NCBI GenBank assembly: GCA_047495785.1
Contig: JBLDXI010000024.1
Coordinates: 3,410,001 to 3,474,000, forward strand
Direction: 5' to 3'
Origin: Lepidodermella squamata
Lineage: Eukaryota; Animalia; Gastrotricha
Length of the DNA stretch: 64,000 nt
Below, piece after piece: positions 11,901 to 24,019 of this stretch. Each line of letters begins with the position of its first letter. Within the stretch, counting starts at the first letter, position 1. A program made the position numbers and the translations under genes. Under the pieces are notes generated by a model. The model searched no databases. It was not told the origin of the DNA and saw only the letters and a program-made list of their open reading frames with translations.

Positions 11901-14900
11901 CACTCAACTGGGAGGCTACCTCGCCGTGCCCGATACCATGTCAAAAATGCAATTCCTTCTCAACCACCCGAAAATGGTCATGCCTTATTACTGGACTGCT
12001 TTGTCTTTGAGTAATGACCTAAAGCTAAACCTGAAAAGATTTGCAAAATGATTTCTTTAACATTCAGATTCCTACGGCATTTGGGCTTGGCCCAATTGGC
12101 CTGGTGGTGTTACACAAGCGTTGAGTCGTGAGTTTTCCTTAAGTTTCATAACAATTATTGATTATGAGCTAAAAGGTTTCGTCACGGGTGACACTGCTTT
12201 GAAAACGAGTTCGGACTGCTACGCCGGGCTACTATCCAGCAACGATAACTTAATCATACCATTTTGCAACAGCTCAAGAACTGTTCAATTGACGAACGCA
12301 ACAGTTGGAAACGTCACATCTTTTGATACTACAGCAAAATACCGATTCATCTGCGAGATCGCTCATACGCCTTCTAATTGTTTAGGTTCGAGTGTTTTTC
12401 CAAATTCGAAATGAATTTATTAGATTTCTCGCAGGATGCAAAGATCCGGATTATTCAGCCAATTTAACCGCACTCAGCGACGGTTTGCGTATTGCTCCTG
12501 ACAAATGTGTTTGGCTATTCACCCAGAATGCTGACCGGAGTACTAATCTAGACAAGTGCAAGGCGGCAGGCATGAAACCTCTGACTCTCCTACAACGCTA
12601 TGAAACTCAAGTTGTTAGCCGAGCAATGACTGAACTGCAGAGGGAAGGATTTTGGCTTGACATTGTCCTTCGAAATAAAAGTAATAACTTTCCAAATCCC
12701 CTGAGGCATGCGCAAATACATTCATCTTGCAGCCGATTACGAATGGGAGGGTGAGCCCTCAACTTGGGAAACCACTCCTTATAACAGAGTCGCCGGAATG
12801 CCATGGACTAATAATTGGTATCAACCCTGTTCGAAGCTGAACAATGACATGTTCATATACACTCGGAACTGCCAAGATGGATCTGTTCCCGTCTGCACCG
12901 TCCCATCTGCATCATCTTGTGCTGACCTTTGCCCAGAAGGTTTCACATCAGTAGGAGCAACTTGCTACAAGCTCATAACGTTAGTTTTAAAACACTTTAT
13001 CGAATATAATTCACTCTTTGAAAAAAATCAAATTTAAGGGCTGCTACTGCAAAGAACCCATTTGAGGCTCGAAATTACTGTTACCAAAATCACAACAATT
13101 ATAATTTGGTCTCCATTACTGATGCGAAAGTGTTCACCCAAGTCATCAACTTCATTCGATCTTCGAGTTCCGTTGCAACGGGCACAGCGATCTGGATCGG
13201 CCTTGATAACAGTTTGCGCGTGGGTCGCACACCAAGCTGGATGTTGCAAACCACTCAAATCGGAGATCCAGACTCAAGTATGCTATTGAACATGATCGTA
13301 GCCTTTATTTGATGCATGCTACATTTAGATTGGGATCTTGATAACAATCGGGTTTTCAGCTTGGCGAACAGTTCAGATTTTTGGGCTGACGGCTTCCCAC
13401 AAAACAGTCATATCTGGGCCTACCTTGTTTGGGACGATACCACCGTTCGGGTCAAGTCGACAGCTAGCACGACATCAATAAATGGTTTCTTTATTTGCGA
13501 ACGGCCTCAACCTTGCTTGGAATGCGATTTAGGCTGGGTTTGTATTGTCCAAATATGTAGTCATTTTCAAATCTCCATATGTTTGTGAACAGAGTTTTTT
13601 AAATGGAGGTTGCTACAAGAAAGTAGCCGTCAATGGAGGTGCACGATTTCGAAGTGCGCAGCATCAGTGTGAATACATGAATTCTTACCTGGCTTCGCTC
13701 AACTATCCACTCGAAGCCTCTTTTGCTAGGCTATTGACCGATCCACGAAGTCCAGTTGTCCTAGGGTTGCATCAGTTGATGCAATACAACTATCCGCAAA
13801 AGGAAGAGTACTGGGAATGGGCGGACGGAACGCGACTCAATAGCACTTTGTATAATAGCTGGGTCGGTTGGCAACCAGACAGTGCAGGCGTGAGTATTTT
13901 CCTTCATTAAATTATAAACCACCTATATGAGTTTCAACCAGGATGTCGAAATTGTTGGCGGATTTTTTTGGGATTATGGTATCGGCTGGAACGACGGAGA
14001 CATGAACTTGGGAGATGTGGGGCTGTGTGAAAAAGCTGCCACACCTCCAACAATAAAATGCACGAAAGGTAACACTGAAAAATGCCCAGTTTCAGATTAA
14101 ATTGCATCCTCTGTTAATTGTTCAGTTGGGTCAGCAGCTTCGACTTGTGGTGAAAGTGTCGCAACAAGTATTTTTGTGAGTACCAGTGGTTTTTCTGCAA
14201 GTTCAACATTCGAGAATGGAACTGTATCTTACCCTCCTTCAAATCTCGCCAGCGGAAAGAATGTTTGGTGTCCAAGCCTTACTCCAGCTATAACACCAGA
14301 AAACCCGGCTTGGATAAGGTTACGGTTCAACGACGGACCTATATTTGTTCGTTCGATCGGAGTAGAGGGCCCGTCTGTAGGTGTCGGGCGAGTATTGGCG
14401 TACATTGTCAGTTATAAACAACTGCTCACGTCAAGGGAAATGCATGTCCATGCCCACAAATCGACAGCTTTTTGGATGAAAAAGGCTCCGATCATTTTCG
14501 CCGGCCCCGGTGCAGAGGCAGTACGAAATGCCCAAGAAATTTGCCCGAAAATTCAAGCTGCAGAGTTGACAATATGGGTTCTTAACTACGCAGTCATGCC
14601 ATTCCTTAGGGCAGATATCAAAGGATGTCTAACGACTTCGGGCGGTTTGATTAGGGATTATTCTTTTGGAGGTGCCCTGAAACTTTCGATTTTATAGGCT
14701 CATCGCTATGCGACTGTTGGTATGAGCTTTACGACGGCAGCACATATTTCCCATATTCTAGTCACACGGTCAGTGCAGATTCTGGTGACGCTTCTCAAGC
14801 TCAAGGTCTGGCCCAAACCTCTGGCTCGCAGAACATGTCCGGCTGGACTCCGACAACCTTCGGGGATGGCCGTAACTGGTGGAAAATTGAGTTCAATATT

Positions 14901-17900
14901 CTCAAAATTGTGAGTGGCCTTGTCATGACTGGCAGCAACGATAACAGCAAGAATGATCAGTGGATCAAAACTTACTACGTCATGTGGTCTCACACAGGCT
15001 ACGAATACACATTCATCTACTATTCAGCCCTCGATGGCTCTCCGAGGCTGTTCATCGGACCCATGAATGCCTCCGCCCCAACTCAGCAGTCATTCTGCCC
15101 GCCGATGAAGCTGAAAGCTATGAAGATTATTCCAGTGGATTATAACAATAAGCCAACCATGGTAGTTGACATTTTCGGCTGCTCAGCCAAAGGAAAAAGA
15201 TGTAAGTAAAATCTGAATTTCGCGATTCGATTCATAGGTTCTACTGGAAAACTCTTCTCCCAGGCTTTGATTGCTGCGATATCATTGGCTTGTGTACCTG
15301 TAACTGTCCTGTTGGGTAAGATAGAATTAGGAAATGAATATAAGCAACTCAATTAAACAAAAAATGCCTAAAGATGGTCTGGTTCTTCGTGCTCGTCACT
15401 GGCTGCTGGAAAGACCTATTACATTGATGCTCAGCCGCCAGGTAAATCTTGATGAATTATTAAAACTCTTAATGTTAGGACCTTCTTTTAGTCTGCGAAA
15501 ACGACTTGCTCAACGAAGCATTCTCTAAATGGGGCGCTTCTGTGAGCTCTAGCACCAGCGGCGATTTCAGGGGATTTGTTGATGACGAGCTCGCCGCCTT
15601 CTTCACTACAGCTTCAATCTTGAAGGACGGTCGGCAGTACTTCCAGATAAATCTTGGCAAAGCTACTTCCATTTCAATGATAAGCTTGAAAGGCCGGTAC
15701 AAAGATTCTCTGTCCCGTTATGTCACTTCATATTCATTATGGTTTTTGGTCGAGAACACCAACGATCGACTTTTCTACCCATTGTTGAACTCTCAAACTT
15801 CGTCAACATCCGGCATTATGATAATACCCGGTGCAAGAGACCATTTAGCATACACACCGTACAAGTTCTGTCCGAGTATCAGAACGAAAATTCTACGGCT
15901 AACTCCTGTTACCTTTGTCGGAAAACCGGAGATGTATGTAAAGGTGTATGGCTGCCCTACTCATGCGCCCTGTTCGACATGTTGCACCAACGAAAATGGT
16001 TGCCAATGTTTATGCCCAGTTGGGTATTCTACGGTATTTGGGGTTGGCTATCAAGCTAATCCGTGGCCTCATTGTGGTAAACTATTGAAATTCCTAATTA
16101 AAGCGATTTTCGAAGTTTAAAATTTAGATCAATGGACAATGCCCCAAGTGGACTGTGAGGACCATGCCATGAGACAAGCCTCAAAGGCTGATGGAGTCTA
16201 CAACATATTCCCTCCGGGTTCAAAAACCGCAATATCGGTTTATTGCGACATGACGACTTACGGTGGTGGCTGGACTGTTATTCAGAGTCGGGTCGATTAC
16301 ACTCAAAGTTTCTACCAGAATTGGGCTGATTATCGAGACGGCTTCGGGCAACTCACCAGCAGTCATTGGTTGGGTAATCGATATATCAATGCGATTACGC
16401 AGAATATGAATCGCTACGACTTGATCATCGTCATCACATCAATCGATGACATCGAGGTGATGCATTATTACAAAGACGTTTATATCGAGCCTGAAACCGG
16501 TGGGTTTACCATCCGTATTTCTGGTTACGACTGCTCTTGGTCAACTGCCGGAGATTCTTTCTCGATGGCGGACGATCAGCGATTTTATACTTATGACAAT
16601 GACACCGGTAGTTCTGGAAGTTTTGGCTGTGCGAAAAACGCTTACGGTGGTTGGTGGTACAAACCAGCTGGTTCGGTAACAGGATGCCATAGGGCGAACT
16701 TGAATGGTAACGGCAACGGAAAATCTGAAGGTTCAATGATTACCTGGGCGACGTGGCGGGGATACTGGGAAAGTATGAAGACTACAAAAATGATGATCAG
16801 ACGATCTCCTTTACCTTTTGTTACGCAACGTGAGTTGGCATGTCCCATTTCAGAATTTATTCGCAAATTTACTATCACCTAACAGAGCTTCGCCCTCAAT
16901 TTCCTTACCCGAGCGACTGCTTAGACATTCGAGAAGCTAATCCAAGTGCTCCAAGTTCCACCTACACAATCTACACGGTCACTGGAGAGAGTGTGCAAGT
17001 TTACTGTGAAATGAACGCACTTGAGGGCGGTTGGACTGTAATTCAGCGCCGATACAACGACCCTACAGTAAAATTCGATCAAAACTTCACGACTTATGCC
17101 CGAGGCTTTGGCTCAACGATGGGCGCTCATTACTTGGGTAACAAGTGGATATGGGCGATTACGAACATCGAGCTGACGAGAATTCCATACGAACTTGCTG
17201 TTGTTCTCGAGGACTCAAATGGGGAAAAACGGACCTCTCATTACGATGCCTTCTGGCTGTACAGTAACACGAGCTATGAAATTATCGTCTACGGCTACAA
17301 TTCCGATGGGAGCACGATCGATGTAGGCGGTGATGCGCTGAGCGTACATAACTGGCAGCCTTTCCGAACCTTTGATCAAGCTGTTTCGGGCTGCTCTGGT
17401 GCATACACCACTGGATGGTGGTGGCATAGCGGTTATTGGGATAATGGGAAATGTTGCGAGAGCAATCTAAATGGAGTCTATGATGTAAATACTTGGGAGG
17501 GCGGTATCTACTGGGCGCCATGGAAAGGTCGTTATGAGAGTCTAAAATCTGCAACCATGATGGTCAGAAGACGTGGGCCGAAGCCGATAGACTGCGTGGA
17601 TATGCTGGGCCAAGGCATGACTGATGATGGGGTTTACTTCATTTATCCGTTCGGCATGAAACCCATTCAGGTCTATTGCGATATGGCTACTTACTACAAC
17701 TCGCCAAGAGCCGAGGGAGGTATGGGCTGGATTCTCCTCCAGCGGAGAACGAATTTCGACGTTCCCTTCAATCGAAGCTGGGCTGATTATAAGAATGGCT
17801 TCTCAGGCCCAGATGGGCTCAGGGGGGACTTTTGGCTTGGTTTGGAAACAGTTTACCAGCTGACTAAATCAACAACCTATTCGATGCTGATTTCAGTTAA

Positions 17901-20900
17901 AAGCCCAGCTGACAATCAAACTTACTACGCATACTACAGAGACTTTTACCTGTCAAATGAAGCCGATGGATATACGTTGATTTTGGAAAATTACGACACA
18001 GCGACTAATGCCTGGGAAGCTGCTGGAAATGGATTTTCCGGCATGTCTTATCAGCCTTTTGCAACTTATGATAAAGGTGTCATGTCTAGTTGCATCACGG
18101 CTAATAATCTGAGCGCTTGGTGGTTCAATAGTGACTGCAAATCAAGTCAAAGCAATCTCAACGGCTTCTACAAAGACACTCGAAATTTAGCCGGTGTCAT
18201 GTGGAAGACTTTGAACGGCGCGAAGGATGGGAAAACGTCTGTCGCTGCGGTGAAAATTGCAATTCGACGAAGAAATCGTCTTCAAGATTGCGCTGCAACA
18301 GGTAACAACGGAACTAGTACCTTATACTTGCCCGATGGGACCAGTTTCCAGGCCGTCTGCGATTTGACGACAAATTACTCTTCTCCCAATATTCAAAATC
18401 GGGGAACAGCTTGGACAATAATTCAGAAGCGAGATGATGGGAAAACTGATTTCTGGCGAGGCTGGAATGACTACAAACAAGGCTTTTCCGATCCTGATAA
18501 AGGTCTCAACGGCGATTACTGGCTTGGTCTTGATATAATAAGCAGGATGACTATGGCTGCTCCGTATTCCCTTCTCGTTCACTGCAAAAGTCCGATAGAT
18601 TCTCAGTGGAAATATGCATACTACGACGACTTCAAAGTTTTCCCCGAGAGTCAGAACTATCGGATTCAGTTGAAAGGATTCGACAATGCTACGATATCGC
18701 CAGCCGGGGATTCGATGGGAGCTTGGATGCATAATTACCAGGAGTTCAACACACCTGATAAAGGAGCATTTAAAGACTGCATGGTACAGAATGATAGAAA
18801 ACGATTTGGTGCATGGTGGTATCCACCTCTGGGTGATGGCGTAATTTGGCCTGATGGACAACCAGCGAGTTGTCGGATTCTGTCGAATTTGAACTCCCCA
18901 AACTGGGACAGTCGAGATATGGGTTACGGCTTGAACTGGATGACTCATACTGGCTTAGACAAGTCATGCTCAGCTACTAGACTAGCTATCAAACAAAAAG
19001 GAAACGATGTCTTATATCGACCCAGGGCTAGCACATCTCTTATGTGCAGCAGCAGAAAGATGACGTACAAGCATACGTGCAACCATGCTTACAGGGCAGT
19101 ATCTGGCGATCCTATCCGGCTAATGCTTCCAGATCGAAGTGGGGTATATACTTCGGAAGATTTGGTGTGCAAGCGTAAGTTTGCGATTCGTTACATCTAA
19201 CTGGCTTTCATTCTGTGGTTTATTTTTAAAGCATACGCCGAGCCACAGGACTGCACTTGGAAGCAATCAAAAGCCAATGGAACGAGCAAATTCATTTCGG
19301 ATACATATAGCGATTTAGTGGCAGCTGATAGCAATGGAAACCCTGTTACTTTCACGGGATATTGCGACATGGAAACATTCGGCGGAGGCTGGACCGTCAT
19401 ACAGCGTAGAATTGATGAAAGCACGACGTTCATGTTGGATTTTCCAAGCTATGAAACCTCATTCGGTGCACCTACGAAGAATTTTTGGCTCGGCAATAAG
19501 TTGATCGAAGGCCTAACAGCCTCCGCGAATTTTGAACTTCTGGTCGAGATTCGTGCCGATAACGAGTATGCTTTCGCTTACTACAAACTCTTCTACACAG
19601 AGAGCGATGCCTACGTATTGACCGTCGACAAATATCAAGACTGCTCTACAGCGGGAGATTCGTTAACATCGTTGAAGGGCAACTTTTTCACGTTCGATCT
19701 GTGCGGTGGTTGGTGGTTCAACACTCCATCTGTCTGCTTAGGCAAGAATAACAACGATCGTACATCGAACTTGAACGCTCCAATTGGGAAACAATCCCCT
19801 GATAACTCTGGAATGTTCTGGTACACCTATAAAAACAGTTTCAGTCCCAATCTCATCTGGTCGTCGATGAAAGTTCGCCGTTCTGGAACGCGAGGCCGCT
19901 ACGTTAAAGCAGCGAATTTTAAATGTGACCAAGGCACGTCCGCAGCAATGACAAAGGCCACTGCAGACCTGTGTCAATCAGCATGTACGAGTTACTCAGG
20001 TTTCACCTGCCGAACCGCTGTTTTCACGCCTAAGGGATCTAATGCTGGGGATTGTGTCGTTCGTAATGCGACTTGCGATCCTGGCAGTGGTAAAGTAGAA
20101 GCGGGTACCGATACGTATTTCCGTATGGACGACTGTGATTACTTTCCTGGGGCTTGCGGACCCCCTCCAACAATGGTGGGAGCCACTCAAGAGATTATAT
20201 CACCATCTTACAACTCAAAGATGATCGTCAACTACACTTGCGTAATGGGATTCTCAAACTCAAAATGGAACGGCGATAACACTAATTTGACTTGCGAACC
20301 ATCAAAAGGCATATGGGTCGGAGACTGGTTAGATTGTCGAACATTGTGTGGCATGTTTCCAGATATGTCTCAATTCAACGTTGATAGACTGCCGCAAATC
20401 GACATTGATGGCGGAACAATGACGCTCTACTATCAATGTAGCAACGATTACACTATGGTTTCAACCGGTTCACCCACCAGACTGTGTGCCCCACCCTATG
20501 GCGAGTGGACCGGAGATAAAATTGTTTGCAAATCAACGCGATGCCAGCTACCACCGGTCGTCGACAATTCTTGGAATAACTACACAATTCCCGACCCTAT
20601 CCCATACGAAAACCAAACCAAGTGGAAGACTACCTGGCTATACGGTTGCAATCGGGGTTATGTCTTCAAAGACCCTGATGGTTACGTCAAGAACAAAACG
20701 ATATATTGCGGCGATCAGCAGGAATGGGAACCGAAAACACCTGGAGCGTGTGTTCAGTTCAACTGTGACAATCCTCCGCAGTTTGACGTGAAAGTCTCCG
20801 GACCTGTGCCTATGACAGCTAACGCGCTCTACGAATTCGGCACCACCTTCACCTACGAATGTTTCAGCGATAAAACGTTAGATCCACTGGATTGGGATAG

Positions 20901-21133
20901 TCAGATAAATATTTCGTGCATCGGTGAGTCGTCAGTGTATTCTTGAATGTTTTACATTAAACTCTGCTTGAATCTACAGCCAATAAAACTTGGGGCGTGC
21001 TAAACTATACCGGATCGCCAAAAACATGGCTACCTTCGATTTGCATAGGTAAGATTAGGATATGGGTGAGTTTACGGCCGTATAATAACGTCATGAGTAA
21101 GATCACCACTGGGGCGGTAGCTTCTCACCTTGA
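5984..21133 (+). CDS. Giant mosaic lectin, constant region, copy 1: 11 EGF, ~10 C-type lectin, 3 FA58C, 5 fibrinogen-related, PAN/apple-like, 4 sushi domains
   Basis: I traced about 44 short GT-AG introns and the frame stayed open from the 24-nt microexon (5984-6007) to exon 20980-21048. Motifs include CQNGGTC EGF repeats, WIGL/WxWxDG C-type lectin motifs, [24 protein letters not shown] fibrinogen motifs and C..C..W..C sushi repeats. The terminal exon 21102-21133 ([10 protein letters not shown]) is tentative. Confidence 0.9.
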
Positions 21134-21153
21134 GTTGCGCTTCTTTATGTTTT

Positions 21154-21225
21154 GGGGAGCTGAGCGGTTGACCTCCTCGTGGTGCTTCCTGGAGTCACCT
21201 TGCGGGGTGATACTAACGAACCGCT
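21154..21225 (+). ncRNA. HDV/CPEB3-like self-cleaving ribozyme (copy 1)
   Basis: P1 GGGGAGC/GCUUCCU with G1-U wobble; P2 AGCGGUUG/C(G)AACCGCU; P3 ACC/GGU; L3 UCCUCGU; P1.1 CC/GG; P4 GUCACCU...GGGUGAU; J4/2 CUAA with the putative catalytic C at 21213. Confidence 0.85.
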
Positions 21226-21369
21226 ACTGTTGTATGGATGTTGTAGGTTTCTATAGTAATACACTTGAACTCAAAGTATTGTTCAACATGCTAGAGAAAT
21301 AGCAGGAATGCTGAGAATATTTTGACGCAACGAAGAGTTTGCTAGTTGAGGCTTTCGCCTGCTTTTATG

Positions 21370-21794
21370 AATAAATCATTTATTTTTCACTGCGGTGCCG
21401 CTTTGTCGGCGTCTCCAAGGCTAGCAGGCAACATTAATGGTCGTAATATAAGCAGCAAACAGCGAAGGCTTTGTTCGCGCAAAAAATTCCGAACGTTGCA
21501 AATACCGATGATGGTTTGACAAAGCTTATTTATTAGCTCGATAATGCGTCAGAACCTTCTGACGTTATTCTCGTCCTTTGGCTCACGTGCGCCTAAATGT
21601 GACCGGAAAATAAATATACAGGTGCGAAACCCGTGATCTACAGATCGAGGTGCGAACGCACCTCTTCCGCTTCGCTTCGTCATAGAATTTGTCACTTCAA
21701 GCCATAAAAGTGAAGGCGCATCTCCTCTAGCTCGGTATTTTAGGTTAAATCACCAGGAAGGGATACAAGAGTTTCTCATCTTGAATTGCGCTCG
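21370..21794 (+). promoter_or_regulatory. Conserved upstream block of cassette C
   Basis: Homologous to 1770-2189 with the same shared motifs. Confidence 0.55.
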
Positions 21795-22270
21795 ATGCTG
21801 CTATCCCAGGCTGCTATCAAAGCCCCGTATGTAATAGGAATCGTCATATTTCCGGCGTTGATCCTTTTGGCGAATTTTCGTCTAATTGGTAAGAATTAAG
21901 ACTCCTAACTTCCAACATATTTTTATTCGACATTGAAATTTAAGCTTCGGATTGCAGTGGTTCCGCGCCCGGAAACGACTGCCCCGGTCGAGACAATAAC
22001 AATTGTTGTAGGAACAGTGGATCATGCATAGACGGCAACTATTGCCGTTGTTTGGCGCCTTATAATTCAATGTATTGTGGGAAAAGTAAGTTAGCAATGC
22101 CCTCTAAAAAGCAGATGAAAAGTTTGATATATTTCCTATTTCATCAGAGGAAGGTGATTTCTGTTCCACCTCCAGAACCGCCGACTATCCTCCGTGCGAG
22201 AACGGCGGGACATGCGAAGATAAACAATGCACTTGCCCAGTTGGAACTACTGGTAGATACTGTGAAATAG
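21795..22270 (+). CDS. Variable N-terminal cassette C (signal peptide + 2 EGF)
   Basis: Exons 21795-21888, 21945-22085 and 22148-22270 are in frame with no stops and end RYCEI-G|gtctgt (phase 1). Confidence 0.82.
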
Positions 22271-22799
22271 GTCTGTTTTTCTTTACAAATTCGATTCTTT
22301 CGAAATACAACCGTTATAAAAGCGTAGCTTCGCAACGGGCTACAGTAACTATGATTTAATAAGAAATTATATGTATACATTTCCATTTCATACTGTCCAT
22401 TTCCATATACACATACCATTCATACCGTGAACCGTGATGTTCTGCTTTCCTACCTAATACCTAAGTTTTCTGTTATCTGTTATGCCTTATGCAATACAAC
22501 GCAAAACAGTTATGTTCTAAACGCAAACAAAACTAAAACAAGCTAAATCGAAGTTGAGCAAAACAAAACTCGGTTCTCGGTTATCAGCAAAGACGTTAAA
22601 ATCAATGTAGAAGGTCAATTATGATTGTTTATTCGCAGAATGTCAATGAATTTTTACGAAATAAAAGTCCGCACTCATTAATAGCAAGAATGAAATGCTA
22701 ACTAGAACCGTTCAGGCTCATTATTAGGCAGCTTATTAGGCAGTTCGTTCGCGATTTGCAAATAGCAGGCGAGTAAAGCATCGCGCTGCAACTTGTCAG

Positions 22800-23960
22800 C
22801 GGATTGCTGCATCGCAATAGGCCGATGCCGAGAAGACGCGTTCGACCTTAGACGAAATAAAAATTTGTGCACATCGAAATAGGCGGGAAATATGCGGATA
22901 ATATCTCATCATAATAGTTACCAAGTGAAAATCGATGGACTGTGCCAGGGCCAGAGGCGCACAAGGTACTGTTCGAGGCTCCGCTAGATTAGCGTACTGT
23001 ATAGTTCCTTCAATAAATGACAAGCCAGCATTAAAGTTGGCCTTGCACGAGGCGATTGGATTTTTGGTCGCTTGTTAAGGCCTTCAGTCGCTTCCGGTTT
23101 GACAGGCTCCAGTCTCGAATGGAATGTCGGTCAGCCGATTTCTGAAGTCAGCTGGAAAGCGTTGATCAAGGCCTTGGCCTTACTATAGGACGAGCAATCA
23201 ATCCTTTGGTTGATCAATACAACGCAGATTGTCACGCACGTAATTGTTGGATGCTGATCGGCGATGACGACGATGCCGCAATGCGCTTCAGCCAGCCCAA
23301 AATCGTAAAATTAAATTAAATTATCGCGTCCAAACATTCTCAGGTCCTAATTCAGAGCCAGGTCGCTGATGAGTGATTGGTGACCATCGAAATTTCGAGT
23401 AGCACAGATCAGCCAATGAGTCGGCCGCAGGTCGGCATCGATGAGGAAGCCGAAGAAAACTGAACTAGAGTCAGCGCGAGTCGTTTCTTCTATCTTGGCA
23501 ACGTAATTCATACTATATTTATCAATTGATAGAATCGCGTGCTGCCAAGCCCCATTGATCCCATTGATGCTATCATATCGACCATCAGAACAACACGTAG
23601 TTGGACTTTGACTCCGCAAAATCTGGCCTAAGATGTTACTTGCACTTCGAGAACTGGCTGCACCAAGTCAGCGCTTCGAAGCGCTGTATAACTCAAGCTG
23701 GTTTGTCTTTGGTAAATTTCTTGGCAGCTTGGCAACGCGTGATGCTGTTAGTGGCCTGACAAGCATTAGACAAGCAGTCTTCCATTGCCAAAACACCAAG
23801 GACGATTGAGGGTTCACCCATTCAAACAACGTGTTGCAAACACGAGGAGCCGATGTCGTCCATTAACCAGTCATCGCCTCGCATTCTAGCACAGCAGCGC
23901 AATCGTGGTCTTTAGCATCTTCTTTCTCGATAGATCAAGTCAGTGTCACCTCGCTGAATC
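22800..23960 (-). mobile_element. Decayed coding remnant, probably transposon-derived; homologous to 27960-28960
   Basis: 22938-23100 aligns with 28231-28400. The minus-strand peptides are similar (KRLKAL..NPI.S..A..N.GL...EGT...YANL.EPR) but carry stops and frameshifts. Confidence 0.35.
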
Positions 23961-24019
23961 TTGGCTTCGACTAGCCGACCGGCTTTCAGGTGTTATTAGT
24001 TGCGTTGTTCAACTGAAGG

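Noticed and set aside
18322-18948. 208-aa minus-strand ORF and other antisense ORFs over the lectin genes
   Set aside because: These are shadow frames of the plus-strand coding sequence, and this one is broken in the paralogue.
20997-21302. Read-through C-terminal extension (101-aa ORF) across the ribozyme
   Set aside because: The frame is not conserved in copy 2, where it stops early. Conservation there is better explained by RNA structure.
23360-23400. CTGATGA...GAAA hammerhead-like core
   Set aside because: Stem II is weak and I found no stems I/III with a cleavage triplet.
23830-23870. Minus-strand GGC-TCCTCGT-GTT resembling an HDV P3/L3
   Set aside because: There is no matching P1 and no GG for P1.1. 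TCCTCGC at 24481 also lacks P3.
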